Shown here: in pieces, positions 25,778 through 35,082 of the stretch
Layout of the letters: each line of letters starts with the position of its first letter
How positions within the stretch are numbered: position 1 is the first letter of the stretch
Source of the DNA: Pseudomonadales bacterium
GTDB lineage: Bacteria; Verrucomicrobiota; Verrucomicrobiia; Limisphaerales; UBA11358
Length of the DNA stretch: 64,000 bases
NCBI GenBank assembly: GCA_035500235.1
Contig: DATJXK010000310.1
Location: forward strand, 4,136 to 68,135
Reading direction: 5' to 3'
Program-made: the position numbers and the translations under genes
Notes under the pieces: model-generated
Databases searched by the model: none
What the model was told of the DNA's origin: nothing
Seen by the model: the letters and a program-made list of their open reading frames with translations, nothing else

Positions 25778-26602
25778 ATGAAAACTCAAGGCTTCCAAAA
25801 AACAGCTCTTACCCTCGCGATATTCGGGGCAGCCATGTTTGCTCTAAACGTTTTCGGTCAGGCAACGCCGGCGGCTACCACCCCGGAAGCAACGCCGCCA
25901 CCGCTGATGCCCAATACCCAGGCTACAGCAGGGCCTTACCTTTCTCCGGCTACCTCGCAAGTTTTGCAGCTCACCCAGGCCAAGGTCAGTGATTCCACCA
26001 TTATCGCGTACGTGCAAAGTTCCACCACTATGTACGGGCTTAATGCCGACCAGATCATTTACCTGAAACAGCAGGGTGTTTCGGACAATGTCCTTAATGC
26101 CATGTTGAACCAAAGCGCCCATGTAGCCGCCAACATTGCTGCGCAGACACCGCCGCAAAATTACGGTCAAAACCCAGCGCCCCAGCAATCCACCGCCGTC
26201 GTTCAACCGACCACGGCTGCTCCGTCCAGTGTGTATGTGGTTCCGGATTCGCAAACGGCCAACTACAATGCCTGGGCGTCCCAATATTCTTATCCCGTAT
26301 ATTACTCTTATCCGTATTATCCCTATTACTATTGGCCGGTGACCTTCTCCTTCTACGGCGGCTATTATGGCGGCTGCTATTATCGTGGTGGGTACTATTG
26401 TCCTCCGGGCTGGCATGGCGGCTATTATGGCGGCTGGCACGGTGGTGGCGGCTACTATGGTGGAGGCTATCACGGCGGCGGCACATGGGGTGGCAGTTCA
26501 GGCTATCATGGCATGACTACGGGTGGCGGCTATCACGGTGGGGGCATGACCACGGGTGGAGGTTTCCATGGCGGCGGCGGCATGGGCGGTGGTCATCGCT
26601 AA
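25778..26602 (+). CDS. Secreted protein with a Gly/Tyr/His-rich low-complexity C-terminus
   Basis: Signal peptide (ALTLAIFGAAMFALNVFGQA), a small helical domain (SDSTIIAYVQS...LNADQIIYLKQQGVSDNVLNAML), a Q/P/A linker, and about 90 aa of GGYYGG/GGYHGG repeats. A 20-nt exact DNA repeat occurs at 26357 and 26417. Confidence 0.65.
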   Translation: MKTQGFQKTALTLAIFGAAMFALNVFGQATPAATTPEATPPPLMPNTQATAGPYLSPATSQVLQLTQAKVSDSTIIAYVQSSTTMYGLNADQIIYLKQQGVSDNVLNAMLNQSAHVAANIAAQTPPQNYGQNPAPQQSTAVVQPTTAAPSSVYVVPDSQTANYNAWASQYSYPVYYSYPYYPYYYWPVTFSFYGGYYGGCYYRGGYYCPPGWHGGYYGGWHGGGGYYGGGYHGGGTWGGSSGYHGMTTGGGYHGGGMTTGGGFHGGGGMGGGHR

Positions 26603-26681
26603 GCGAGTTCCGCTTTACCAGTAAGCTTTCTGGCGCGTTTCGGCTGGCGAATGCGCCTTTTCGTGATTTACTTTCCCTCCG

Positions 26682-28124
26682 ATGCGTCCGCTGATTGTGG
26701 AGATAGAAACGGCCTGTTCGCCCGAATCCCTCGTCGGGCACCAGTCCGGCGTCGTATTATTGCGCGGCAGCGGAGAGGCTTCCCGTTATTCATTTCTCGC
26801 GGCAAATCCATTTTTAATCTTCCGCTCCTTTGGCTCCCGTTGTGAAATTATCCAACCCGAATCCAACATTCCCCACGTCCAATTCGGCAATCCATGGCAG
26901 ATCCTCGATGCCTTGATGTCACGGTTTGAATTGCTCGAGGAAGTGGATTTTCCTTTTCCGCTCGGCGGCTGCTTTGGGTTCTGGGGCTACGATTTAAAAA
27001 ACTTCACTGAGCCAAAGCTTCCGCGCCGCGCGCTGAACGATTTGGAACTGCCCGATTGCCATGTGGGTTTTTACGACAGCCTCCTCGTTTTCGATCATCA
27101 ACTCGGAAAAACTTTCGTCGTTTCCACCGGCCTGGACGCTGACGGCTCACGCAGCGAAAAGCGGGCGCGTGAAAAGTATCACGCATGGGAAAACGAACTG
27201 CAAAGTCCGGAACCCGCACAGGGGGATACAAAGATGCGGGAGGGCGAATCCTTCTCCGCGCCTTCGCCTGAAATCTGCTCGAACCTTTCGCGGGATGAAT
27301 TTATTAGCAGCGTCCAGCGCGCACAGAATTATATTCATTCCGGCAATATCTATCAGGTCAACCTTTCGCAACGGCTCACCACATCATGCGCCATTAGCGG
27401 ATGGGAATTTTTCCAACGATTGACCGCCGTGTCCCCTGCCCCGTTCGCCGCGTATCTGGATTGCGGAGATTTCCAGGTCGTGTCGTCATCGCCCGAGCAA
27501 TTTCTCCGGCTCAGCGGCTCGCATATTATCACGCGGCCCATCAAAGGCACCCGGCCGCGCCACGCCGAGCCTACGCGCGACGCGCAACTCGCCTACGAAC
27601 TGCAAACCAGCGGCAAGGAGCTCGCCGAACTGGTCATGATTACCGATTTGCTGCGCAACGACCTCGGTAAAGTTTGTGAATTCGGCACTGTGCAGGTCCC
27701 CGAACTCGCCCGGCTGGAAAAATTCGCGCAAGTGCAGCACCTCGTTTCTACGGTCGAAGGCCGGCTGCGGAAAGACATCACGCATTTTGCCGCGTTGGCC
27801 TCCTGTTTCCCCGGCGGCAGTATCACCGGCGCGCCGAAATTTCGCGCCATGGAAATCATTGACGAGCTGGAGCCCGTCTCGCGCGGGCCTTACTGCGGCT
27901 GTCATGGCTACCTCGGGTTCAACCGCGAAAGCCAGTTGAGCATTACCATCCGCACCGCCATTTGCATGGCTGACAAGGTTCATTTTAACGTCGGCGCGGG
28001 CATCGTGGCCGATTCCAAACCGGAAGCCGAATATGACGAAACCATGGCCAAAGCCGCTGGTTTTCTGGCCGCATTAAGGCAGGTTTCAGGGCATCGAATC
28101 GCCCGGGGACTGGGCACTACGTAG
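26682..28124 (+). CDS. pabB: Aminodeoxychorismate synthase component I (chorismate-binding enzyme family)
   Basis: GNIYQVNLSQR, SSSPE.FLR, ITRPIKGTR, LVMITDLLRNDL, FPGGSITGAPK.RAMEII.ELE and RG.Y.G motifs. Calling PabB rather than TrpE rests on size and N-terminal pattern only. Confidence 0.75.
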   Translation: MRPLIVEIETACSPESLVGHQSGVVLLRGSGEASRYSFLAANPFLIFRSFGSRCEIIQPESNIPHVQFGNPWQILDALMSRFELLEEVDFPFPLGGCFGFWGYDLKNFTEPKLPRRALNDLELPDCHVGFYDSLLVFDHQLGKTFVVSTGLDADGSRSEKRAREKYHAWENELQSPEPAQGDTKMREGESFSAPSPEICSNLSRDEFISSVQRAQNYIHSGNIYQVNLSQRLTTSCAISGWEFFQRLTAVSPAPFAAYLDCGDFQVVSSSPEQFLRLSGSHIITRPIKGTRPRHAEPTRDAQLAYELQTSGKELAELVMITDLLRNDLGKVCEFGTVQVPELARLEKFAQVQHLVSTVEGRLRKDITHFAALASCFPGGSITGAPKFRAMEIIDELEPVSRGPYCGCHGYLGFNRESQLSITIRTAICMADKVHFNVGAGIVADSKPEAEYDETMAKAAGFLAALRQVSGHRIARGLGTT

Positions 28125-28198
28125 GATTAAAGTAGAACGTATATACTATAGAAAAACCGCGCAAAACATTGGAAATTTGGTTGTATCCCATACAACCC

Positions 28199-29044
28199 AT
28201 GTTTCCACCTGAACAAAAACGGGTAGCCAACCAGCGCTGCGGTTTTACCCTCATCGAACTCCTCGTCGTTATCGCTATTATTGCCATTCTCGCCGCCATT
28301 TTGCTGCCGGTTCTTGCCCAGGCTAAAGAGCGCGGAATGCGCGCGACCTGCTCCAATAATCTGCGGCAAATCGCCGTCGGCATGATTATCTATGCCGGGG
28401 ACAACAGGGATTACGTCGTTTCCTGCCGTCCTCTCAGCGGGGCCACGGAAACGACCCCCGGCAAATATAATCAACATGCGGTCAATCAGGCTGACGCTAT
28501 CGCGACCGCCACCGTTAATATTTCGTTAACGAACGGCCTGGCGGGGTCACCGTGCGTTTGGACCTGTCCCGAACTGGGCCAGGGAGCCATCTCCTATAAC
28601 CCCTCCGCCACACCAACCCCGCAATGGCAAATCGGCTACCAATATCTTGGAGGCGTTTCCTGGTGGTACAATCCTTACGCCAGTGAAATCAAGTCCGCCA
28701 GCCCGGTAAAAACCAGCTCTTCCAAGCCGGCATACGCCATTGCCGCCGATCCGGTGGTTTATGTTCCGGGCGCAGGCTGGCAGGGTGAAATTACCGGCAA
28801 AATTCCCCACCAGCGCCCGCACACCCAATTTCCTGACGGCGGCAACACGGCTACCATTAGCGGTTCGGTCCAATGGCACCGGTTCGAGGACCTGTACTTT
28901 TACAATACCTACGACTATACCGTATCCAGCTCGGGCCGGTTTTTCTATTTCTACCAGGATCCAAGTTGCCTCGGCGTGATGGGCACGCAGCCTAACGCCT
29001 CCCATCTGGCCGCATTGCGCGCGAAACCGAACCCGAGCTTCTGA
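28199..29044 (+). CDS. Prepilin-type N-terminal cleavage/methylation domain protein (pseudopilin-like, DUF1559-like)
   Basis: [32 protein letters not shown] at the N-terminus, and a C-terminal ...PDGGN... block. The ATG at 28199 is preferred to the TTG at 28169. Confidence 0.8.
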   Translation: MFPPEQKRVANQRCGFTLIELLVVIAIIAILAAILLPVLAQAKERGMRATCSNNLRQIAVGMIIYAGDNRDYVVSCRPLSGATETTPGKYNQHAVNQADAIATATVNISLTNGLAGSPCVWTCPELGQGAISYNPSATPTPQWQIGYQYLGGVSWWYNPYASEIKSASPVKTSSSKPAYAIAADPVVYVPGAGWQGEITGKIPHQRPHTQFPDGGNTATISGSVQWHRFEDLYFYNTYDYTVSSSGRFFYFYQDPSCLGVMGTQPNASHLAALRAKPNPSF

Positions 29045-29045
29045 A

Positions 29046-30179
29046 TCACGCAAACGGCGGACTCAACAATGCGCCGGAGATTTTGCCGCCGTTGACCCCC
29101 AGGTGCAGCAGGTCGTCGTCGCTGCCGTCATCGTAGGAAATCTTCCAGAGCGAAATGCGCATGCCGTTCTGCGTCAACACGCCCAGGAAAACCACATGGT
29201 AGCCGCCCTTCAATTGGGGCGAACGCTGGACGCATAGTGCTTTGAATTGAGATTCCTTAATGGACTTCAGGCCGCGGTCGCCATCGGCGATGAATGCCTG
29301 GTAATCCTCATCCGCCAGCGATTTCATCACTTCGTTGGCATAGGTGGTTTCCTGCGTCGTGGCTTCGCCGGCGGAGGTTTTATCCGCAGGCACCGTCACG
29401 CTGGAAACAGCCACGTTTACCACGCCGGCGGTGAGCAATACTGCCGCGGCAATGCTCACGGCGAATTTTATTTTTGCGTATGTCATAATCTTTAGTGTTC
29501 CTTTCACAAGGGTAAGGGTGGAAACCGCACCGACCGACCCTTTCACGGCCGTTGCAGCAATCGTAGTCGCCAAACCGATGGGCGCGGCCTGGACAGAATT
29601 CGCGGAAATCAATCCGGCAATGACCGCAGTCGTGGAAACAACACCGCGCTTGGCAAAAATCCTTCTAAGTTTCTCCAATGCCCGGCTCACGCGTTTGCGG
29701 GCTGTGTCTTCGCCCAAACCCATGGCCGTCCCGACTTCCGCCAGGCTTTTATTGTCGAAGAACCGCAGCAACACAGCCTGGCGGTCCTTCTCACCCAACC
29801 GGGCGAGCGCTTCATCCAGCAGCGGCGCAATTTGGCCCCAGGCTTCATCCGTGGAGGATTCAACTTCATTTTGCATGTGCGCCTCCAGTTCGCGTTGACG
29901 GCGTTTAGCCTCGGCGCGCATTTGCGCCAGCGCGGCGAAGCGCGTGGTCCGGAAAAGCCAGCCGGTTAAAATCGTTTTATCAGAAATCTTTCCCGCCTTC
30001 TGCGCCAGGATAATGAAGACCGCCTGGGTGACTTCTTCCGCCAGATGCGGATCGCGCACCTGTCGCAACGCCGCCGAATGCACGAAATTGATGCGCCGCG
30101 AAACCAGTTCCGCAAATGCATCGTCAGAACGGCGCGAGGCATATTCGCGCAGCAAAGCCATGTCATCCATTGCCTGCAT
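29046..30179 (-). CDS. ECF sigma factor fused to a TM helix and a C-terminal extracytoplasmic domain
   Basis: Regions 2 and 4 (AFAELVSRRINFVHSAALR; SLAEVGTAMGLGEDTARKRVSRALEKLR), then a hydrophobic segment KFAVSIAAAVLLTAGVVNVAV, then a domain of about 120 aa (YANEVMKSLADEDYQAF...GKISGALL). Confidence 0.8.
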   Translation of the reverse strand: MQAMDDMALLREYASRRSDDAFAELVSRRINFVHSAALRQVRDPHLAEEVTQAVFIILAQKAGKISDKTILTGWLFRTTRFAALAQMRAEAKRRQRELEAHMQNEVESSTDEAWGQIAPLLDEALARLGEKDRQAVLLRFFDNKSLAEVGTAMGLGEDTARKRVSRALEKLRRIFAKRGVVSTTAVIAGLISANSVQAAPIGLATTIAATAVKGSVGAVSTLTLVKGTLKIMTYAKIKFAVSIAAAVLLTAGVVNVAVSSVTVPADKTSAGEATTQETTYANEVMKSLADEDYQAFIADGDRGLKSIKESQFKALCVQRSPQLKGGYHVVFLGVLTQNGMRISLWKISYDDGSDDDLLHLGVNGGKISGALLSPPFA

Positions 30180-30192
30180 CTACTTATAAATG

Positions 30193-30212
30193 CCGGTTTG
30201 GGTTAAAACCGG
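30193..30212 (-). other. 7-bp hairpin in the putative 5' leader of the ECF sigma gene
   Basis: ccggttt-gggtta-aaaccgg. It lies 14-33 nt upstream of the ATG at 30179. Confidence 0.4.
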
Positions 30213-30222
30213 ACAAGTTAAT

Positions 30223-30411
30223 TTGTTGATGGCTGATAGTTGATTGTTGATGGTGGGAACGCAGTGGCAATATGTATATATCGCGGGAAAGGTATTACAA
30301 GTGTTACATTGTTGATTATCAGATGTTTAACCTGTTACACAAAGTGTTACAACGCCAGCAGCAAGTGTTACATCGTTGATTGCCAATAACTTAAAGTGTT
30401 ACATTAACGAT
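30223..30411. repeat. Intergenic direct-repeat array (TTGTTGATGG x2; CAAGTGTTACATYGTTGATT x2; AAGTGTTACA x4 plus 2 degenerate copies)
   Basis: TTGTTGATGG occurs at 30223 and 30244. The 20-mer occurs at 30298 and 30362 with 1 mismatch. GTTACA cores start at 30303, 30334, 30346, 30367 and 30398, with ATTACA at 30294. Sampled GC is 37-42%. Confidence 0.8.
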
Positions 30412-30420
30412 AACCTTCCG

Positions 30421-32019
30421 CTAACGCCCCATAATCTGCTCAATAGTTGAAATGAACTGGGCGCTAATAGCCGCGTTGCCGGCGTTCGTGAAATGCGGAC
30501 CGCCGACAGGTTGATAATAAATCCCGTTGGTCCATGCATTCGAATAGCCGACGTTGGGATTTAACGAAAGATTGCAGGTGAATTGAAACGCCCCGGAATT
30601 ATTGGTCATCATATTCTCAAAGGCAAACCGTTCACCGTTGGTATCGGTAACCGGATTTGAAGGAGGTATGACCAACACGGGAATTTTGCCGTGAGCCGCT
30701 GCTGCGTTCGCATCCGCATAAAGGTTGTTGGTGACATTACCCAGAACGTCGAGGTTCACGTTGTCCCAAAAGAAATCAATCGCCTTGTTTGTGCCGGCCG
30801 TGGAGTAGCTGGCCATAAACAGGAAGTTGGAGAGAATGACAGCGCTGCCGGCGCCGGGTATGGCGCAATTATCAATCGTCCATCCGGGAAAATTGGTCGA
30901 GAGGTAATCAGTCAAACCACCCAGGTAGGAAGCGTTACCGCCAAACGTCATGCTATCGCCGTGAAGCACGATGGCCGGGCGCAGCATACCGCACGACTTT
31001 AATATATCATTGGCCGCCTGGTCGACTTCCGGAAACTTCCAATAATTTGTGGCCATGCCAATTTCGGAAATAGAACCCTGGAATGGCCAGGTATCATCAA
31101 AATCATTTCCGATCTTCAACATGCCCACGATTGAAACGGGAAAACCCGGAATGCCTGAGTACCCGCCGTTGGGATAATTATTTATCACCTTGCCGTCCAG
31201 GTAATCCTGCCATTGGCCATTCGTCCACGTCATGAGGTACAGATGCTCATCATCATAAGGATGTGAATCGAAAACAATGTTTCCGGCAGAAAAGGAGCCA
31301 TTGTAGACCCATGAATCATCCAGGAAATTCATTCCATAAATGGTTGTGGGCGTCGGCGTCAGCATGAAATACGCCGCATTGTTGCTCATGCTGCAACTCA
31401 TGATCGCCTCGCCGCCCGGCAGGGTCGCCGGGTGAGGCCACGCAAACATGGCGAATAGCGTGCCGCAATTCGTCAGCGATGGATTGCCTGCGAGGACCAC
31501 CGAGTTGCTGAGCGTGTTATTTGCGCTTCGGTTAAAATCCACGGCGTTGTATCCATTCATGCCGGACACATCGAAGGTGGCGCTGCCGTGCAGCACATTC
31601 CCGTAGCGGTCTATCCAGTTCGTAACCGTATCGCCGTTATGGAGACCAATCTCATTTGCTCTCCACCATGCTACCAAACCGGAATTCACTTCCCATGATG
31701 GCATCACCTTTGCCGCAAAAAAGCCTCCCGAAGCAGCGCCAGAAGCCACCACGAAATTCGTTTGGCCGAGGCTTCCCGCGGCAATCCGCCTCCACGGATA
31801 ATCCACCGTATCTCCGAGTACCGGCGTCCAAAAAATTTCATAGCTTCCGCCGCTAACGCCATTGGTAACGGTAAAAGCGAATGTATTCGTCCCCAAAGAA
31901 GCAATTCTTAAGGCCGGATAGTCAGTCCCCTGCCCTGCAGCGTAAAACGCAGAAAATAAAAAACCTGCGACCATGAAGACGTTGACTACGGCGACGCAAA
32001 GGATTTTCAGGGTTTTCAA
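30421..32019 (-). CDS. Secreted LamG/concanavalin-like plus SGNH (GDSL) hydrolase domain protein
   Basis: Signal/TM N-terminus, then an N-terminal module ending GFFAAKV. The LamG-like part has LVAWWRANE..G..V.NWIDRYGN. The SGNH block I is AIVLHGDSMTFGG, with a late GGPHFTNAGNAAIS block. Confidence 0.65.
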   Translation of the reverse strand: MKTLKILCVAVVNVFMVAGFLFSAFYAAGQGTDYPALRIASLGTNTFAFTVTNGVSGGSYEIFWTPVLGDTVDYPWRRIAAGSLGQTNFVVASGAASGGFFAAKVMPSWEVNSGLVAWWRANEIGLHNGDTVTNWIDRYGNVLHGSATFDVSGMNGYNAVDFNRSANNTLSNSVVLAGNPSLTNCGTLFAMFAWPHPATLPGGEAIMSCSMSNNAAYFMLTPTPTTIYGMNFLDDSWVYNGSFSAGNIVFDSHPYDDEHLYLMTWTNGQWQDYLDGKVINNYPNGGYSGIPGFPVSIVGMLKIGNDFDDTWPFQGSISEIGMATNYWKFPEVDQAANDILKSCGMLRPAIVLHGDSMTFGGNASYLGGLTDYLSTNFPGWTIDNCAIPGAGSAVILSNFLFMASYSTAGTNKAIDFFWDNVNLDVLGNVTNNLYADANAAAAHGKIPVLVIPPSNPVTDTNGERFAFENMMTNNSGAFQFTCNLSLNPNVGYSNAWTNGIYYQPVGGPHFTNAGNAAISAQFISTIEQIMGR

Positions 32020-32139
32020 GCTGACAGAATCTTATCACATGAGATGGCAACTGTCCCGCCATTCGTTCCGGCATTTGAACGGATGCACTTGACTTGGCCA
32101 CGATTCGATTGTAACCACAAACTAAAAGGAGATTCGTTT

Positions 32140-32478
32140 ATGGAATGGCTTTACTGCATTGCTTACTTTTTCGGCGGCATGTTTTTCACCAATGCCATCC
32201 CACACCTCGTCAGCGGCCTCATGGGACGCCCGTTCCAGAGCCCATTTGCCAAACCTCCTGGACGCGGCCTGTCTTCCGCCACTGTCAATGTGCTCTGGGG
32301 CTTTGCGAATCTCCTCATCGGCTACTGCCTGGTTTTCCACGTGGGCAATTTCAATCTCCGAGCCCTGCCCGACGCCATCGCCCTGGGCCTGGGCATCCTC
32401 GGCATGAGCCTGATCTGCGCGCAGATTTTTGGAGCCATTAATGGCGGCAATTCTCCAAAGAGTTTAAGTCAGGACTGA
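32140..32478 (+). CDS. Small hypothetical membrane protein (3-4 TM)
   Basis: The ATG at 32140 is preceded by AAAGGAG. The sequence is hydrophobic throughout (WLYCIAYFFGGMFFTNAIPHLVSGL...). I recognise no family. Confidence 0.5.
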   Translation: MEWLYCIAYFFGGMFFTNAIPHLVSGLMGRPFQSPFAKPPGRGLSSATVNVLWGFANLLIGYCLVFHVGNFNLRALPDAIALGLGILGMSLICAQIFGAINGGNSPKSLSQD

Positions 32479-32483
32479 CTCCT

Positions 32484-33722
32484 TTAAGGTTTAACGTAAG
32501 GACAGCACAAAGGATCGCCTACCACAATATCCTCCCACCCGACAAACCGGGAGGCGGCGTAAAAACTTTCCGCCATGGTATAACCGGAAGTATAACGATC
32601 CATCAGGATGGTGGGCGATGCCATGGCCTGGAGCAGAGGTTCATCCACATAACCCTTTCCACAGGTCAGTCCATGGGCAATCAAATCAATCAGCAGGGAC
32701 TGTCCGCCTTGCGTTGGTAAAAATGTTCGGGCACAGGTGGATACCGCGGTATCACTGATGGAGCCGGGCGCAAAGAAAAGAGTTTGATAAGCCTTTGGCG
32801 AATACTTGGCGTCGTTACTGCCCCAGGAAAAGTATCCCAATAAATTGGTCCTGTGTCCCACAAACGTTTCGCTTAAGTCCAATTCGTCGGGTATTCCCCG
32901 CTGCGATATCACGTCATGAGCGTGCCGCATGTCCGCGTTATATTCATCCCAGGGCGATTCCCGCAGGATGAGCGTTCCCCTAATAGGCGACGGTTGGGAG
33001 GCCTTATCGCCCAACCCAAAAATCGGCTGGACGTCGAAGAGTACTTTTCCATTGGTCATGCCTTTTTCGGCTTCCATGGCCTGCGTCACCAGCGCTTCCG
33101 CGCCTGCCTGCGTATATGCATCCAATCGGGTCACCAGATAACCGCCAAATTTGGCGTGAGAAAAAGGTTCCGTCGCGTTCCAATAGCGATTCGATAAAGC
33201 GAAGCCGGTGGCGCCCGATCCAGTAATGTTGATCACCAAAGCTCTGGGCAGATTCGTATAATCCAGCGCTGCCAGGGTGCTATCAACTGAAGGGCGCCCC
33301 GCGTGGAAAGCGCTTTGGTCGGAATAATGGCGGTCGCCAATTTGATCACAACTTCCCATCGACGCTCCCCTGATGCGAATAGGCACTCCTTTCGTGAGCA
33401 CAATAAAATCAATATTCGTGTGAACTGCCAGGTAGGCGCGAACCGGCGTTTCAATGGATTGCTGATAATCACCCAGCGAAATGCTTTCATTTTCCGTGCT
33501 TACGGCGGAATCCCGGCATCGGATAGAAAGGATGTTGGTCACCCCACGTTTGCCGGCATAATCCTCCGCAATTGCTTTGGAGACCGGACTGTTGGCATTG
33601 AAGACCAGCAACACCTGGTCTGGACTCCGCTGGCCGGCATTGGTGATATAACTCCACAGCAAAAGCAGCACGAAGAGTAATATTTTTAAGCAAGAGCAGT
33701 TCATTAACCGGCGGATTTTCAT
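32484..33722 (-). CDS. TIGR03790-like conserved hypothetical secreted protein
   Basis: Signal peptide (LKILLFVLLLLWSYITNA), LLVFNANSPVSKAIAEDYAGKRGV, GGYLVTRLDAYT..GAEALV..A.EAE, and a C-terminal WEDIVVGDPLCCPY. This matches my recollection of TIGR03790. The ATG at 33722 is preferred to the TTG at 33752. Confidence 0.6.
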   Translation of the reverse strand: MKIRRLMNCSCLKILLFVLLLLWSYITNAGQRSPDQVLLVFNANSPVSKAIAEDYAGKRGVTNILSIRCRDSAVSTENESISLGDYQQSIETPVRAYLAVHTNIDFIVLTKGVPIRIRGASMGSCDQIGDRHYSDQSAFHAGRPSVDSTLAALDYTNLPRALVINITGSGATGFALSNRYWNATEPFSHAKFGGYLVTRLDAYTQAGAEALVTQAMEAEKGMTNGKVLFDVQPIFGLGDKASQPSPIRGTLILRESPWDEYNADMRHAHDVISQRGIPDELDLSETFVGHRTNLLGYFSWGSNDAKYSPKAYQTLFFAPGSISDTAVSTCARTFLPTQGGQSLLIDLIAHGLTCGKGYVDEPLLQAMASPTILMDRYTSGYTMAESFYAASRFVGWEDIVVGDPLCCPYVKP

Positions 33723-33895
33723 TAAACTGGCATCTTCACTTGCCTCAACCAATCCCCATTTTAGGGGAGAAGTTGCACTTGCCCAACACCATTGTCGCAG
33801 GCATCCCTGCCATGAATGTTAACGTCACAGAGCTTTTCAAAACTTGCCTCGAACTTTTTCACACGTTAAACATTGTCACGCCACAGTGTAACGCC

Positions 33896-35053
33896 ATGAA
33901 AATAAATATCTTGTCGCTTGCCTTTGTTCTGTTGCTGGCAATCTCCAGCCGGGCTTACGGTAATCCATCTGAAATGAAGGAGGGAGATGCGGCGGCGGCC
34001 AGAGGTGACCTCGACACCGCCCTGGCGGCCTATACCCGGGAGATAACCTGGAATCCCGAGGACTTTGTGGCCTATGATAAACGCGCCAGGATACAAGCGA
34101 AGAAAGGCAATTTTGACGCTGCTCTGGCAGACGTTAACAAGGCCATCGAAATCCGCCCGTCCGTCGGCATGAGTTATTGCAATCGCGGCTTTATCAAAAC
34201 TGAGATCCACGAAACCAACAGCGCGCTGGCTGATTTCAACAAGGCCATCAAGCTTGACCTGAATTGTCTCCCGGCCTACGGCTTCCGCGGTGAAATCGAA
34301 GAAAGGCAGGGCGAATACTCCAAAGCCGTGATCGATCTCACCAAAGCGATTAACCTCTTTACCACCAATGTCCCTTTTTACGTTTATGAGGAACGGGCCT
34401 ATGCCGAACGGAAGATGGATCATACCGACTGGGCGATAGCCGACCTCAACAAGGTCATCGAACTCTCGCCGACAAATTATCAAGCCTATGTTGCACGGGG
34501 CATTTTGAAATGCCGGAAAGGCGATACCAATGAAGGACTGTCAGATTTCAACCGGGCCATTAAGATGGAGCCGGCCAGTTGCGGCGCCTACGGGGCACGC
34601 GGCACTTTCAAAACGATGACCGGCGACTACTCCGGCGCCATGGCCGACTTCGACAAGGCGATTCAACTTAACCCTGAATTTTATCCTGCATATTGTAATC
34701 GCGGTTTGTGCGAATGGGCCCAGGGCGATTTTACCAACGCCATTAAGGACACTACTCGGGCCATCCAAATGGCTCCCCATAACGGGCTCCTTTATGGCAT
34801 CCGAGCATGGGCGCGTTATTCCAGCGGCGATGTTTCAGGGGCACTCGACGACTGCAAAAAATCCATTCAACTTGAAGGCCCCGATTCCAAAGAAAACTAT
34901 GACAACCTGGGATTGTTTTATTTCATCCAGGGAAAATATGCCAAGGCCATGGCGTCATGGGAAAACGCCATCCAGCATGACGAAATGGAAACCGGACTTC
35001 TCCAACCATGGATTGATAAGGCAAGGGCAAAATTGAATTCGCCGGCGTCTTGA
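33896..35053 (+). CDS. Secreted TPR-repeat protein
   Basis: The ATG at 33896 gives a signal peptide (MKINILSLAFVLLLAISSRAYG), followed by about 9 canonical 34-aa TPR units (..A..DFNKAI.L.P....AY..RG). Confidence 0.8.
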   Translation: MKINILSLAFVLLLAISSRAYGNPSEMKEGDAAAARGDLDTALAAYTREITWNPEDFVAYDKRARIQAKKGNFDAALADVNKAIEIRPSVGMSYCNRGFIKTEIHETNSALADFNKAIKLDLNCLPAYGFRGEIEERQGEYSKAVIDLTKAINLFTTNVPFYVYEERAYAERKMDHTDWAIADLNKVIELSPTNYQAYVARGILKCRKGDTNEGLSDFNRAIKMEPASCGAYGARGTFKTMTGDYSGAMADFDKAIQLNPEFYPAYCNRGLCEWAQGDFTNAIKDTTRAIQMAPHNGLLYGIRAWARYSSGDVSGALDDCKKSIQLEGPDSKENYDNLGLFYFIQGKYAKAMASWENAIQHDEMETGLLQPWIDKARAKLNSPAS

Positions 35054-35082
35054 AAGCTTAAAGGATATCGCACCACCATGAT

